Positions 44,386 to 52,946 of a stretch of DNA of 64,000 nt are shown here, piece by piece. Source of the DNA: Patescibacteria group bacterium (lineage in GTDB: Bacteria > Patescibacteriota > Dojkabacteria > GCA-002793355). The stretch's first letter is position 1. Every line of letters starts with the position of its first letter. The notes under the pieces are model-generated. The model saw only the letters and a list, made by a program, of their open reading frames with translations. It did no database searches and was not told the DNA's origin. Where the stretch lies: the NCBI GenBank assembly GCA_016860985.1, contig BOKM01000001.1, positions 463,462 to 527,461 of the forward strand. Reading direction: 5' to 3'. Position numbers and translations under genes: made by a program.

Positions 44386-45856
44386 TTACCTGTTTTCCAG
44401 ACTCCACTACGACTTCGTCTGCTTTGTAAGCCATAGACATCCCGACTGGATCAAAGAAAGGCATAAAAAGAACAACCGTATCCTTTGCAGATGATTCTGC
44501 GAATTTCTCAATTGTGGAAGCCAGACGTCGAGGGTCTTTCGGTTTAGCAAATAACACCCCAAAGGTTATGTCACCGCGCTCAAACACAATATCGACCTTA
44601 TGACCTGAATAATTCTGCCAATAGGTAATTTGGGGCACGTGTGCCAAAAGACTAAAGCCAGAGAGCATCGTACTTAACAGCCATGTTCCAACAATTCTTG
44701 AATAGGTATCTGGCCTGAGCATCTCTTGCATCGACGTCACATACGATAAATTGTTCAGAATTCCGGAATCAAGATAGTACATCACCACACTTTTAGTTGC
44801 ATCTTCATCCCCCCCACTTGTTAAGGGATATACCTTTTTGATCAAATAAGTGTTTTCGAGCAAATCGAGATATTTGTACAAACTTGGACGAGAAATACCA
44901 ACATCCTTGCTCACTTGATTGATATTAAGCGTAGAACCGTTTTGCTGCGCAAAAGACTGCAAACTGAGCCCAAACAATTCCAAATCAAGGTTACGGGCTA
45001 ACGTCCCAATTTCTTTTTCCATATACACGTCAATATAGTTTTTGATCATTCGAACACGTTCCTCAATAGTACTCGTAATTACGCGCGGAAGCCCACCATA
45101 AAAAAGCGTTTCGACCACACTGGCAGTTGCTTCTCTCACTATTGGTGCCAATTGTCGGTGATATTCAGGAAATTTTTGTTCGAAGTATTGCTTTATTTCA
45201 GAAAAGATTTCTTCTTTTGACTTACTCGCCGAGAGTTGCGAGAGTATTGAATCCGCAGAAGAATCAGCTGCTTCCCCACCTGAAATCGAGTCAACTTTCT
45301 GTATAAGGTCAAGAAAGAAGTGTTGCCGAACGCCTGTTTTTGCCTGCAACAACTCGCTATACACAAAGGGATAAACGTTAATATACTCCACTCTACCGGC
45401 AAGAGTTTCACTTGCAACAGAGGTAATTGATATTGCAGAAGACCCAGAGAGTACAAATTTTACATGCTCACTATTTGCATCAAAAATCTGCTTAATCCAG
45501 TCAAAAAGGGAAGGCATTTTTTGCACTTCATCTATAAAAATGAAAACTCGTTGCTCTGTCTTTTCGAGCGTTTCTCCCAACGATAATTCGATATCTTTTT
45601 GAATAAAGCGAATATCTTTTTTTAGTGCGCTTCGTAGCTGCAAATCATCCAAAATATAGGTAAAAACATTTCTGGCAAGAACAATTCCACCGGCCTCTTT
45701 GTTTTTCTCCTGCTCTTGAAGCTCAACTTTTGCCTGTGCTTGTTGCATTAAAGTCGTCTTTCCCACCTGTCGTGGACCAATTACCATTGTTATCAAGCCT
45801 GAAGAAATTGACTTTTCTAACCGTTCTTCTACAAATCGTGTGATATAACCTTTCAT
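44351..45856 (-). CDS. AAA-type ATPase (AAA_14 + DUF4143-like architecture)
   Basis: Walker A 'VIGPRQVGKTTL' and Walker B 'IFIDEVQK', with a C-terminal region resembling DUF4143. Start ATG 45856 has TGtTACATT 6 nt upstream. Confidence 0.7.
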   Translation of the reverse strand: MKGYITRFVEERLEKSISSGLITMVIGPRQVGKTTLMQQAQAKVELQEQEKNKEAGGIVLARNVFTYILDDLQLRSALKKDIRFIQKDIELSLGETLEKTEQRVFIFIDEVQKMPSLFDWIKQIFDANSEHVKFVLSGSSAISITSVASETLAGRVEYINVYPFVYSELLQAKTGVRQHFFLDLIQKVDSISGGEAADSSADSILSQLSASKSKEEIFSEIKQYFEQKFPEYHRQLAPIVREATASVVETLFYGGLPRVITSTIEERVRMIKNYIDVYMEKEIGTLARNLDLELFGLSLQSFAQQNGSTLNINQVSKDVGISRPSLYKYLDLLENTYLIKKVYPLTSGGDEDATKSVVMYYLDSGILNNLSYVTSMQEMLRPDTYSRIVGTWLLSTMLSGFSLLAHVPQITYWQNYSGHKVDIVFERGDITFGVLFAKPKDPRRLASTIEKFAESSAKDTVVLFMPFFDPVGMSMAYKADEVVVESGKQVITVELPLQFLG

Positions 45857-45899
45857 ACAAAGAATGTAACAGGTGTTTACAAATTTAGCAAGAACTTTG

Positions 45900-46382
45900 C
45901 TAGTAACCAGTACAAGGAATCTGAACACTCCGGCTTACGGTTCCACCTGCAGCAACCGCGCTACTTGCCCCAATACCCTTAGAATTTCCAACTTTTTTAC
46001 CATATGCATCGTAGGCTGTTACGGTTTGAATTGCCATTGCTCGCCCTTTGTACGTTGTTTTTAACTGGTGAGTAAAGCTACTCGGAACGGCAGTCTTTTT
46101 GAATGAGGTTGTGGAGGAACCCCATTGAACGGATGTACTATCGGCATTAACCCATTTTGAATACACGGTGTAGGAAGCTATTTTCGAATTGCATCCAGTT
46201 TTGTTCAGGGTAGGTTTAACTTGCACATTATAGTAATACGTTGTTGCAGCCTCTGGTTCTACCTCAAATAAAGGATTTTGCACCACATACACTAGTCCAA
46301 ACATAGCGACAACCGACACAAATACGCCAAGAAACAACTTCAAGCTATTTTTCTTTGTAAAAGTGAATGTTTTTGCTTTCAT
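45900..46382 (-). CDS. Small secreted/anchored hypothetical protein
   Basis: 160 aa with an N-terminal hydrophobic segment 'LKLFLGVFVSVVAMFGLVYVV' followed by a beta-rich domain. Confidence 0.55.
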   Translation of the reverse strand: MKAKTFTFTKKNSLKLFLGVFVSVVAMFGLVYVVQNPLFEVEPEAATTYYYNVQVKPTLNKTGCNSKIASYTVYSKWVNADSTSVQWGSSTTSFKKTAVPSSFTHQLKTTYKGRAMAIQTVTAYDAYGKKVGNSKGIGASSAVAAGGTVSRSVQIPCTGY

Positions 46383-46436
46383 ATATCATTATACACTTCT
46401 CTTTTAATCTCCCGTTTTTTGCATTACAATGGGCAT

Positions 46437-47972
46437 ATGAAACAGTCCCGAGCAAAAATTTTGCTCTTTTTATTACTCTCCGCAATTGCGATTCCGCTCA
46501 CAATAGTCGCATTACAACGCTTTAACATCTTTAATCCAAACGCAGCGGGTGCAACACCAGAACTTGTAATCATTTCGAACCTTACCGATGTCACTGCCTC
46601 AATTTCCTGGACTTCTGGAGAATCCGCAACACTCACAAACCTCCATTGGGGAGAGTCCACCTTACTGGGTAATGTTGAATCTGATTTGCGCGATAAACGT
46701 GACAAAACGACCAAATTGCGCACCACTCATTACGTGCAACTCACAGGATTACAGCCCAATACAACCTATTACTATCGAATAATTTCGGGCGAAACGACAT
46801 ACCCCGCAGAAGACCAGCCTCCTGCTACCTTTAAAACACTGGCTAGATCGTCAGCTACCCAACCGCTTTCGCTTACCGCCTACGGAGATATTGAAACACA
46901 AGAAGAAGACGTCGTTGTTATCGCCTATATTCCAGGAAAAACCGCCTATGCCGGAATTATTCCCCTCTCCACGGTACTCAACGACGATGGTACATGGCTA
47001 CTCAATGTTGCCTCCGCACGGAATACCGACGGAACTTATGTAGATCCAGCCGAGAATGGAGAGATTGCCCTACTTACCATTGGAGCCCAAGGAAAAGGCT
47101 CAATAAAAACATATTCAATTGCAGACAGCCCGCTCTCTTTAAACGCAACTGCAACACTAACACAAAGCGGACTAGACTCCATACTTCTTTCTGCGCCTAT
47201 CACCACGACTCCTACACCTACCAATACTCCAACCACCACGACCAAACCACGACAAGACGTTCCCCTCAGACCTCCAGGCTCAACAGTAACAGTTACACCC
47301 ACGACCTCAGGTACTGTGACTCCAACACCGACGACCACCATTCCACAATCAAATATTTCAAAGAGCCAACTCCTGGCATCTTTTGCCTCGCCTTCAGTAT
47401 CAAACGTGACCGACAGCTCACTTAGTATCATGTTTCTTACCACCACAAAAATTGTTGGAACTTTAAACTGGGGCACGAGTTCAACTTCGCTCACATCAAA
47501 CCGCCTTGATGACCGAGATACCTCGGCAGCAACCGCTCGATACATCCACCACTACACACTAACGGGACTTACAGCCAACAAACAGTACTTCTTTAAACCA
47601 ACCGCCGACCCAACAACTCGTACCTTTACAACTCCAGCCAAAATCGCGACGCCTTCGGGGCAAACCATTATTACCGGTAGTCTTACAAATGGGTCGGGAG
47701 AATGCTTAGTAAGAACTCAAATCCAGCGAAATTCGGTCTATTCTTCTGTAATAACGACCTTACCAAACTCGCTCAACTCATGGGCAGTAAATGTAATGCC
47801 TGTTCGAACTGCTGCACTTGATACCTTTATGATACCAGTCGCAACCGACACAGTACTTACAAACGCGTTTTGCTTTGAATCTAATGGCGATGTGTACTAC
47901 CAAGCAGATGCCACAACGGTACAACAAGCTGTAACAAGCGGGATTTCAATGACTTTGGTTAAACTTCAGTAG
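46437..47972 (+). CDS. Secreted protein with two fibronectin type III-like domains and a Thr/Pro linker
   Basis: Signal/TM segment 'ILLFLLLSAIAIPLTIVAL'. 'TDVTASISWTS...HYVQLTGLQPNTTYYYRI' and 'TDSSLSIMFLT...HHYTLTGLTANKQYFFKP' are FN3-like. TACAAT lies 6 nt upstream of the ATG. Confidence 0.7.
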   Translation: MKQSRAKILLFLLLSAIAIPLTIVALQRFNIFNPNAAGATPELVIISNLTDVTASISWTSGESATLTNLHWGESTLLGNVESDLRDKRDKTTKLRTTHYVQLTGLQPNTTYYYRIISGETTYPAEDQPPATFKTLARSSATQPLSLTAYGDIETQEEDVVVIAYIPGKTAYAGIIPLSTVLNDDGTWLLNVASARNTDGTYVDPAENGEIALLTIGAQGKGSIKTYSIADSPLSLNATATLTQSGLDSILLSAPITTTPTPTNTPTTTTKPRQDVPLRPPGSTVTVTPTTSGTVTPTPTTTIPQSNISKSQLLASFASPSVSNVTDSSLSIMFLTTTKIVGTLNWGTSSTSLTSNRLDDRDTSAATARYIHHYTLTGLTANKQYFFKPTADPTTRTFTTPAKIATPSGQTIITGSLTNGSGECLVRTQIQRNSVYSSVITTLPNSLNSWAVNVMPVRTAALDTFMIPVATDTVLTNAFCFESNGDVYYQADATTVQQAVTSGISMTLVKLQ

Positions 47973-48666
47973 TGGCAACAACACGCTGCTCATACTGTTT
48001 TCGAGGATAGAGATACCATCCGATACCTGCAATAACAACCGCAACACCTACAATAATTCGAGGATCAACGCCAAGATTATCTGGTGGTTTTGGAGTCGGA
48101 GTCGCAATACTGTTTACGACAGAATAAGCCCCATCTTGAGGTGCAGTCATAATAAAGGTTGGAGGGCTGTTTGAGTCTTTAATACCAGACATACCATCTG
48201 CTTCGCGACCATTAAACATAAACGAAAGATCGGCAGTACCAGTTTTTTTTGCTTTAAATGTAACACGCGCAAACATGTTTCCCGCCGTTGTGATTTCTGG
48301 GTATGGACATGAGGTTTCTCCGGTAGAAATGCCGGTAATCATCAACTGCCCTTCTTCGTTATCGGCTATGTAGTTATCTTCGTCTGTTGGGTAGTTACAA
48401 AATAGACTTCCTGCCTCTACAGCTTGCGGAATTTCGAGCATAGTTGGATCAAAAACCAGGATTGCGCGTGCGTAGCTGATTTGCTTATTCGCCGTTGCTT
48501 TAAGATTGATTACCACATCAAACGACGTGTTTTTTACGACTGTTTTTGTCTTTGGAGATAACGCAAACGTAACCGTTGCACTTTGCGCAGCCACAGGGAG
48601 TATCCCCAAAGAAGCCACATAAAGTACAAACATTAAAATTGAGAAAAATCGTATGCACCAGTTCAT
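47959..48666 (-). CDS. Cohesin-like domain surface protein with C-terminal membrane anchor
   Basis: Signal peptide, then 'VTFALSPKTKTVVKNTSFDVVINLKA...ILVFDPTMLEI' (cohesin-like beta sandwich), then a C-terminal TM segment 'IIVGVAVVIAGIGWYLY'. Confidence 0.55.
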   Translation of the reverse strand: MNWCIRFFSILMFVLYVASLGILPVAAQSATVTFALSPKTKTVVKNTSFDVVINLKATANKQISYARAILVFDPTMLEIPQAVEAGSLFCNYPTDEDNYIADNEEGQLMITGISTGETSCPYPEITTAGNMFARVTFKAKKTGTADLSFMFNGREADGMSGIKDSNSPPTFIMTAPQDGAYSVVNSIATPTPKPPDNLGVDPRIIVGVAVVIAGIGWYLYPRKQYEQRVVATTEV

Positions 48667-48713
48667 ATCTGCATTATAGTAGCACGACCACGCAATACAT
48701 GCTACATTCAGTC

Positions 48714-49565
48714 ATGCCATTTCAAATGAAGAAACAATTTGGCCAACATTTTTTGCGGCAAGTTCCCAAGGAAGTTCTTTTTCCACTTGATGTGCTCGAA
48801 CAGCGCCAGTCTCTGCAAAAGAATACCTCCATCACTATTTATGAAATTGGACCTGGAAGCGGCGTGGTCACTCAAGCCGTTGTGCAGCAACTTCTCCCCT
48901 TCTCACACCTTTCGATAACCTACGAAGTCGTTGATATCGACCTTGAAGCAATACAAACTACCAAAGAACTTATCGCCGGCATGGCTCTACCAAAACGTTT
49001 CAAATTCATTTATACCCACAAAGACGTGCTAAAGCACTCGCCAACCGCGGTTGACAAAGCAGAATTTATCTACATATTTGGTTCACTGCCTTACAATATT
49101 TCCAAGAAAATTGTAAACGCTACCAAACATTTTTCTATAAAACTCTCTCAAAAAAGTGTACTGCTGCCTTCTCGCTTTATTATTCAAAAAGAGGTTGCAG
49201 AAGATTATGTTTCGGCGCCACCGAGCGCAGCTTTTTTGGGCGCCGACCTCTCTCTTTTTGCGGATTATCGGAAAATCACAAAGAAATTACCTCCAGGAGC
49301 TTTTTTTCCACCTCCAAAGGTCGAAAGTGCCGTGCTTGAGATAGGGTGGAAGTCTCTAAAAAATACCGAAGGTGATAAAGCTCTGGAGTTAGCCAAAGTG
49401 ATTCGCCAAGGATTTATCGCAAAAAGAAAGGTTATTGGTTCTGTATTTAAAAATCGGATTAGCGAAAAAAAGAAGACGCCGACGCTTGAACATCTCATGC
49501 ACCTTCGTGCTCACGAGGTGTCTCTTGCCGAATGGGAGTTGATTTTTCACTCACTTGGTAAATAG
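48714..49565 (+). CDS. rsmA: 16S rRNA (adenine1518/1519-N6)-dimethyltransferase
   Basis: 'KKQFGQHFL' and 'IYEIGPGSGVVT' (SAM motif), with a KsgA-like C-terminus. Start ATG 48714 has TGcTACATT 5 nt upstream. Confidence 0.85.
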   Translation: MPFQMKKQFGQHFLRQVPKEVLFPLDVLEQRQSLQKNTSITIYEIGPGSGVVTQAVVQQLLPFSHLSITYEVVDIDLEAIQTTKELIAGMALPKRFKFIYTHKDVLKHSPTAVDKAEFIYIFGSLPYNISKKIVNATKHFSIKLSQKSVLLPSRFIIQKEVAEDYVSAPPSAAFLGADLSLFADYRKITKKLPPGAFFPPPKVESAVLEIGWKSLKNTEGDKALELAKVIRQGFIAKRKVIGSVFKNRISEKKKTPTLEHLMHLRAHEVSLAEWELIFHSLGK

Positions 49566-49575
49566 CCGGGATTCA

Positions 49576-50004
49576 TTATGCAATAAATTTCTTCATCACC
49601 ACGAGTGCAGCGTACACAATCTGTTCATTGTCACCATAAACCTGTAATCCTTCATGCACAACTTCGTTACGCATATGGTGAAATTGCTTAAGAACTCTGA
49701 ATTGGTCGTATGTGAGAGTGTTTCTTTCAAGGGCGGAACGCAATTGTTGCTTCACACTTGAATCTTTTAGTCCGTAATTCCACAGAATTTGAGAAAGCAC
49801 TCGGTCTGCAGAGATGGTTAACTTATGAAGTCGAAGACGTTTTTTCTCTAAATCCTTTTCGGTATGAGCAATAAAATACTCGTCGATCAAACCTTTTACT
49901 GCTACTTCAAGGTACTTTGTATTGGGGTTAAGCCTTTTGGGAATAACGACCGCTGCAAGATAAATAAACAAAAGTAACAACGCAGCAAGAATATAGTAGA
50001 ACAT
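49576..50004 (-). CDS. Hypothetical protein with N-terminal TM segment
   Basis: 142-aa ORF with TM segment 'YYILAALLLLFIYLAAVVI'. No family recognised. Confidence 0.45.
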   Translation of the reverse strand: MFYYILAALLLLFIYLAAVVIPKRLNPNTKYLEVAVKGLIDEYFIAHTEKDLEKKRLRLHKLTISADRVLSQILWNYGLKDSSVKQQLRSALERNTLTYDQFRVLKQFHHMRNEVVHEGLQVYGDNEQIVYAALVVMKKFIA

Positions 50005-50046
50005 GATTTTATTATAGCCGTCTATCCGATGTTTGTCACAAAGAGT

Positions 50047-50769
50047 CTAGCTCCCGCCAAAGCGTCGCTGCCTTTCGTAATATTCACCCACAACTTCCTT
50101 TAATTTTTGCTTCGTAAGATCTGGAAAGTTTATCGGAAGAAAACAAAGCTCTGCGTATCCCGATTGATAGGCCATAAACCCAGAAGTTCGTTGTTCTCCG
50201 GAGGTTCTGATAATAAAGTCTGGATTAGGAACTCCCTTTGTATCGAGGTATTCGGAGAACATATCTGTTGTAATGTCATCCGGCTGCAATTTACCAGCCT
50301 GAACATCCTCGATGATTTGTTTTGTTGCCCTTACCACTTCGTCTTGCCCACCGTAATCAAGCCCGACAATGTAGTGCCACTCTGTAAAATGCGCGGTGTC
50401 TTTTTCTAGCTGGGTTAAACCTTCAAGCAAATCAGGTGCGAGTCGATCCTTTCTACCAATGTGGCGAAAGTTAATCTTGTATTTGATAATGTCATCGCGT
50501 TTTTTCTTTATAAAATCTCGAAAAAGATTCATTAATTGCTCGACTTCTTCTGGACCGCGCTTCCAATTTTCCGTTGAAAATCCCCACATTGAAAGGTAGG
50601 GAATTCCGAGTTCTTGGCATGCTTCAAGTATTCCTTGGATATTTTCGGCTCCTCTGCGATGCCCCTCCCATGTTGGAAGCCCTTTCGCACGTGCCCAGCG
50701 TCTATCGCCATCGGGCATAATAACAAGGTGCTTTAAAGGAATCACCTGTTCTTCTTTATTTTCAAGCAT
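50047..50769 (-). CDS. uppS: Isoprenyl transferase (undecaprenyl diphosphate synthase)
   Basis: 'HLVIMPDGDRRWA', 'LSMWGFSTENWKR' and 'IIRTSGEQRTSGF'. The start could be ATG 50769 or 50817. Confidence 0.92.
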   Translation of the reverse strand: MLENKEEQVIPLKHLVIMPDGDRRWARAKGLPTWEGHRRGAENIQGILEACQELGIPYLSMWGFSTENWKRGPEEVEQLMNLFRDFIKKKRDDIIKYKINFRHIGRKDRLAPDLLEGLTQLEKDTAHFTEWHYIVGLDYGGQDEVVRATKQIIEDVQAGKLQPDDITTDMFSEYLDTKGVPNPDFIIRTSGEQRTSGFMAYQSGYAELCFLPINFPDLTKQKLKEVVGEYYERQRRFGGS

Positions 50770-50852
50770 GACATTTTTTGTAGATTTATACTGGATGCCA
50801 GTCAAGTAGAGTACCATATAAACGCGAAAAAGGCACCATTACCAACAGTAAG

Positions 50853-52673
50853 CTAGATTCCTTTTAACTCATCGACGGTTGTTGCCTGTTCCGCCTTCTT
50901 TTCCCTGAATTTTTTAAACCTTGGAAAGCGAAGTGCATAACCTGAAGAATGAAGGGGGCTTTTGGTTATTTCGTCTGCTTCGACTTCTACTACAAGCGAG
51001 GGCAATAAATAAACATCTGGAGTGAGCGACTTAGGAATAACTACATTATCCAGTTTTCTATCGGTCTTTACCTCGTCACAGGCTGCTTTAATGATTTTCC
51101 ATTGCTCGTGTGTAACCCCCGTGCCTATTTTTGTTACGGTTAGGTACTCATCTGTCTCTCGGTTATAAACAGCAGCAAGCAGTGCACCGATACCAAATTG
51201 GGCGAGTTTTCCTTCTCCGCGATAATAACCTACCAAAACGATATCAACCGTATCTGCGAGTTCTTTTTTCATCGCTTTTTTATATTTTAACCAATCAAAG
51301 TTACGCGTTCCTGGAGTATAAATAGATGACGTATCCTTAAAAATGACTCCCTCTAAACCCTCTGCCACATATTCAAGGAAAAGTTTTTCCGCCTCAGCAA
51401 CATCTTTTGGATAATGAATTGGAGTTTTAACAATTGTACGTTGAACCTCCTGATTTTCGTCGAGAAAAGTTAAGAGTTCTTTTCGAACTGAAAGTGATTT
51501 GTCCATCAAATTTTCATTATTTACCAAAAGAATATCAAAAGAGAAGACTTTAACAGGAACTTCGTTTGCTGCACCTTCTACCCCGTGTTTCCGCTTGCGA
51601 GTCATTGTTTGTTGGAAAGGAAGATACTCCTGAACGATATCATTGTAACCGATGACTTCACCATCGAGCACAATGGATTCAACAGAGACACCGTGCTTTT
51701 TTTCATACTGCAGTGGAAGCTTCTTTGCTGCTTCTACGACTTCGGGGAACATTTCGGTCATATTTTCGAGATTGCGGGAAAAAAGCATAACTGAGTAATC
51801 CTCTTTTTCATTCTGTTCTGGTTGAGAAAAAAGGCTAAGATTCGCTTCTTTTGACTTATCTTCGTGTGAAAAGTATGGTTGCCAAACTCTTTCTGCATAG
51901 ACGTTTTCAAGAACCTTTTCTTTGAATACGTGGAGTTGTATTCGCAAACCGTCATATTTTGGCTCTTCAATTGGCTCTGGAATTCTTTTGTAGATAGACT
52001 CGATTGAATCTTCACGTTCAACCAGCTTTGCTGAGACAGGAATTCCTGGTGAAAATACTGATCGTTCCGGGGCTGCTTCGCCATACTTTAGAGAGAGATA
52101 CACTGTATGCCCAATATCTGAACAATTCGCAAACAGCTTTTTTAGCTCGTCATTTTTTGTCCCCTGTAATGCGCCGAGTGCCTCAAGTATGGTTCTTTCG
52201 CTTGCTCCAAGCCGAAGTTTGCTGTTCACAATTCGCAGTGTATACTTGCCCGCTAGAGGTGAGCATCTTTTTAGCAGATTAATTAGTAATTCTTGTTTCT
52301 TTGCCTGTGAGCCTGTCCCTTTGGTTTTTGCAACATCCCACAAGAGAGAGTAGTAGTCGAGTAGGGTAAGGTCAGTCTCTTGTTTTGGTGCGTAGGCCTC
52401 CCATACTGAACCGATATCACCATATGTGGTTAAATCTTGCACAACATCTTTACCCAAGAGTGTTTCGACAACAGTTCGCAACGTTTTATCAGACAATTGA
52501 AACTCAACCGCAATAAATTCAGGGACAATTCTTCCTATTATCAAATATGCCGTAATTGCACCTTCTTCAGGGGTTGCCTGACGGAAATAATCAGTTAAAA
52601 GGGCCTGCATTTCGAGTCTTTTTGGTGTTTTCTCAATTGCCGAAAATAATTCCATTACTGTTGTCAGTTGCAT
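50853..52673 (-). CDS. lig: ATP-dependent DNA ligase (archaeal/eukaryotic Lig1-like, with N-terminal DNA-binding domain)
   Basis: Adenylation motif I 'EPKYDGLRIQ', 'MLFSRNLE', 'LDGEVI' and an OB domain 'VDIVLVGYYRGEGK'. Start ATG 52673 has TGgTACAAT 5 nt upstream. Confidence 0.88.
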   Translation of the reverse strand: MQLTTVMELFSAIEKTPKRLEMQALLTDYFRQATPEEGAITAYLIIGRIVPEFIAVEFQLSDKTLRTVVETLLGKDVVQDLTTYGDIGSVWEAYAPKQETDLTLLDYYSLLWDVAKTKGTGSQAKKQELLINLLKRCSPLAGKYTLRIVNSKLRLGASERTILEALGALQGTKNDELKKLFANCSDIGHTVYLSLKYGEAAPERSVFSPGIPVSAKLVEREDSIESIYKRIPEPIEEPKYDGLRIQLHVFKEKVLENVYAERVWQPYFSHEDKSKEANLSLFSQPEQNEKEDYSVMLFSRNLENMTEMFPEVVEAAKKLPLQYEKKHGVSVESIVLDGEVIGYNDIVQEYLPFQQTMTRKRKHGVEGAANEVPVKVFSFDILLVNNENLMDKSLSVRKELLTFLDENQEVQRTIVKTPIHYPKDVAEAEKLFLEYVAEGLEGVIFKDTSSIYTPGTRNFDWLKYKKAMKKELADTVDIVLVGYYRGEGKLAQFGIGALLAAVYNRETDEYLTVTKIGTGVTHEQWKIIKAACDEVKTDRKLDNVVIPKSLTPDVYLLPSLVVEVEADEITKSPLHSSGYALRFPRFKKFREKKAEQATTVDELKGI

Positions 52674-52712
52674 ACAGGATTGTACCACTAGCAGCCGAAA
52701 TTGCCGTAGTAT

Positions 52713-52741
52713 TTTACTTACACACTGCCACGTTATATAAT
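52713..52741 (+). promoter_or_regulatory. Candidate promoter for the ileS leader (-35 TTTACT, 17-nt spacer, -10 TATAAT)
   Basis: TTTACT at 52713-52718 and TATAAT at 52736-52741. It lies upstream of the T-box leader. Confidence 0.35.
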
Positions 52742-52747
52742 TACTCA

Positions 52748-52946
52748 GTACGCATTGACCCAGCAATCACTGGTGAGCGTCAGGAAGAAATGCACATTAG
52801 CATTGTAGAACCTGTCGGCGACCTCCGAACCAACTGGTTAAGCCATTTAGGCTAAGGGATACAAAAACGTATCTGAACGAGGGTGGTACCGTGAGCTAAA
52901 TCACTCACCCCTCTATAGGGATTTGCATTAATTTACTATAGAGGCC
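52748..52946 (+). promoter_or_regulatory. T-box leader (translational type) controlling ileS
   Basis: Canonical T-box core GAGGG-UGGUACC-GUGAG...CUCAC-CCCUC at 52879-52913. Stem III-like hairpin at 52857-52874. An alternative 9-bp helix (52910-52918 with 52936-52944) ends 2 nt before the AUG and has no U-tract. A candidate AUC-A specifier is at 52766-52769. Confidence 0.8.

Noticed and set aside
46994-47545. 143-aa (+) and 169-aa (-) ORFs inside the FN3 protein gene
   Set aside because: They arise from alternative frames or the opposite strand of the repetitive Thr/Pro-coding region. The main frame has recognisable FN3-like domains and a signal sequence.
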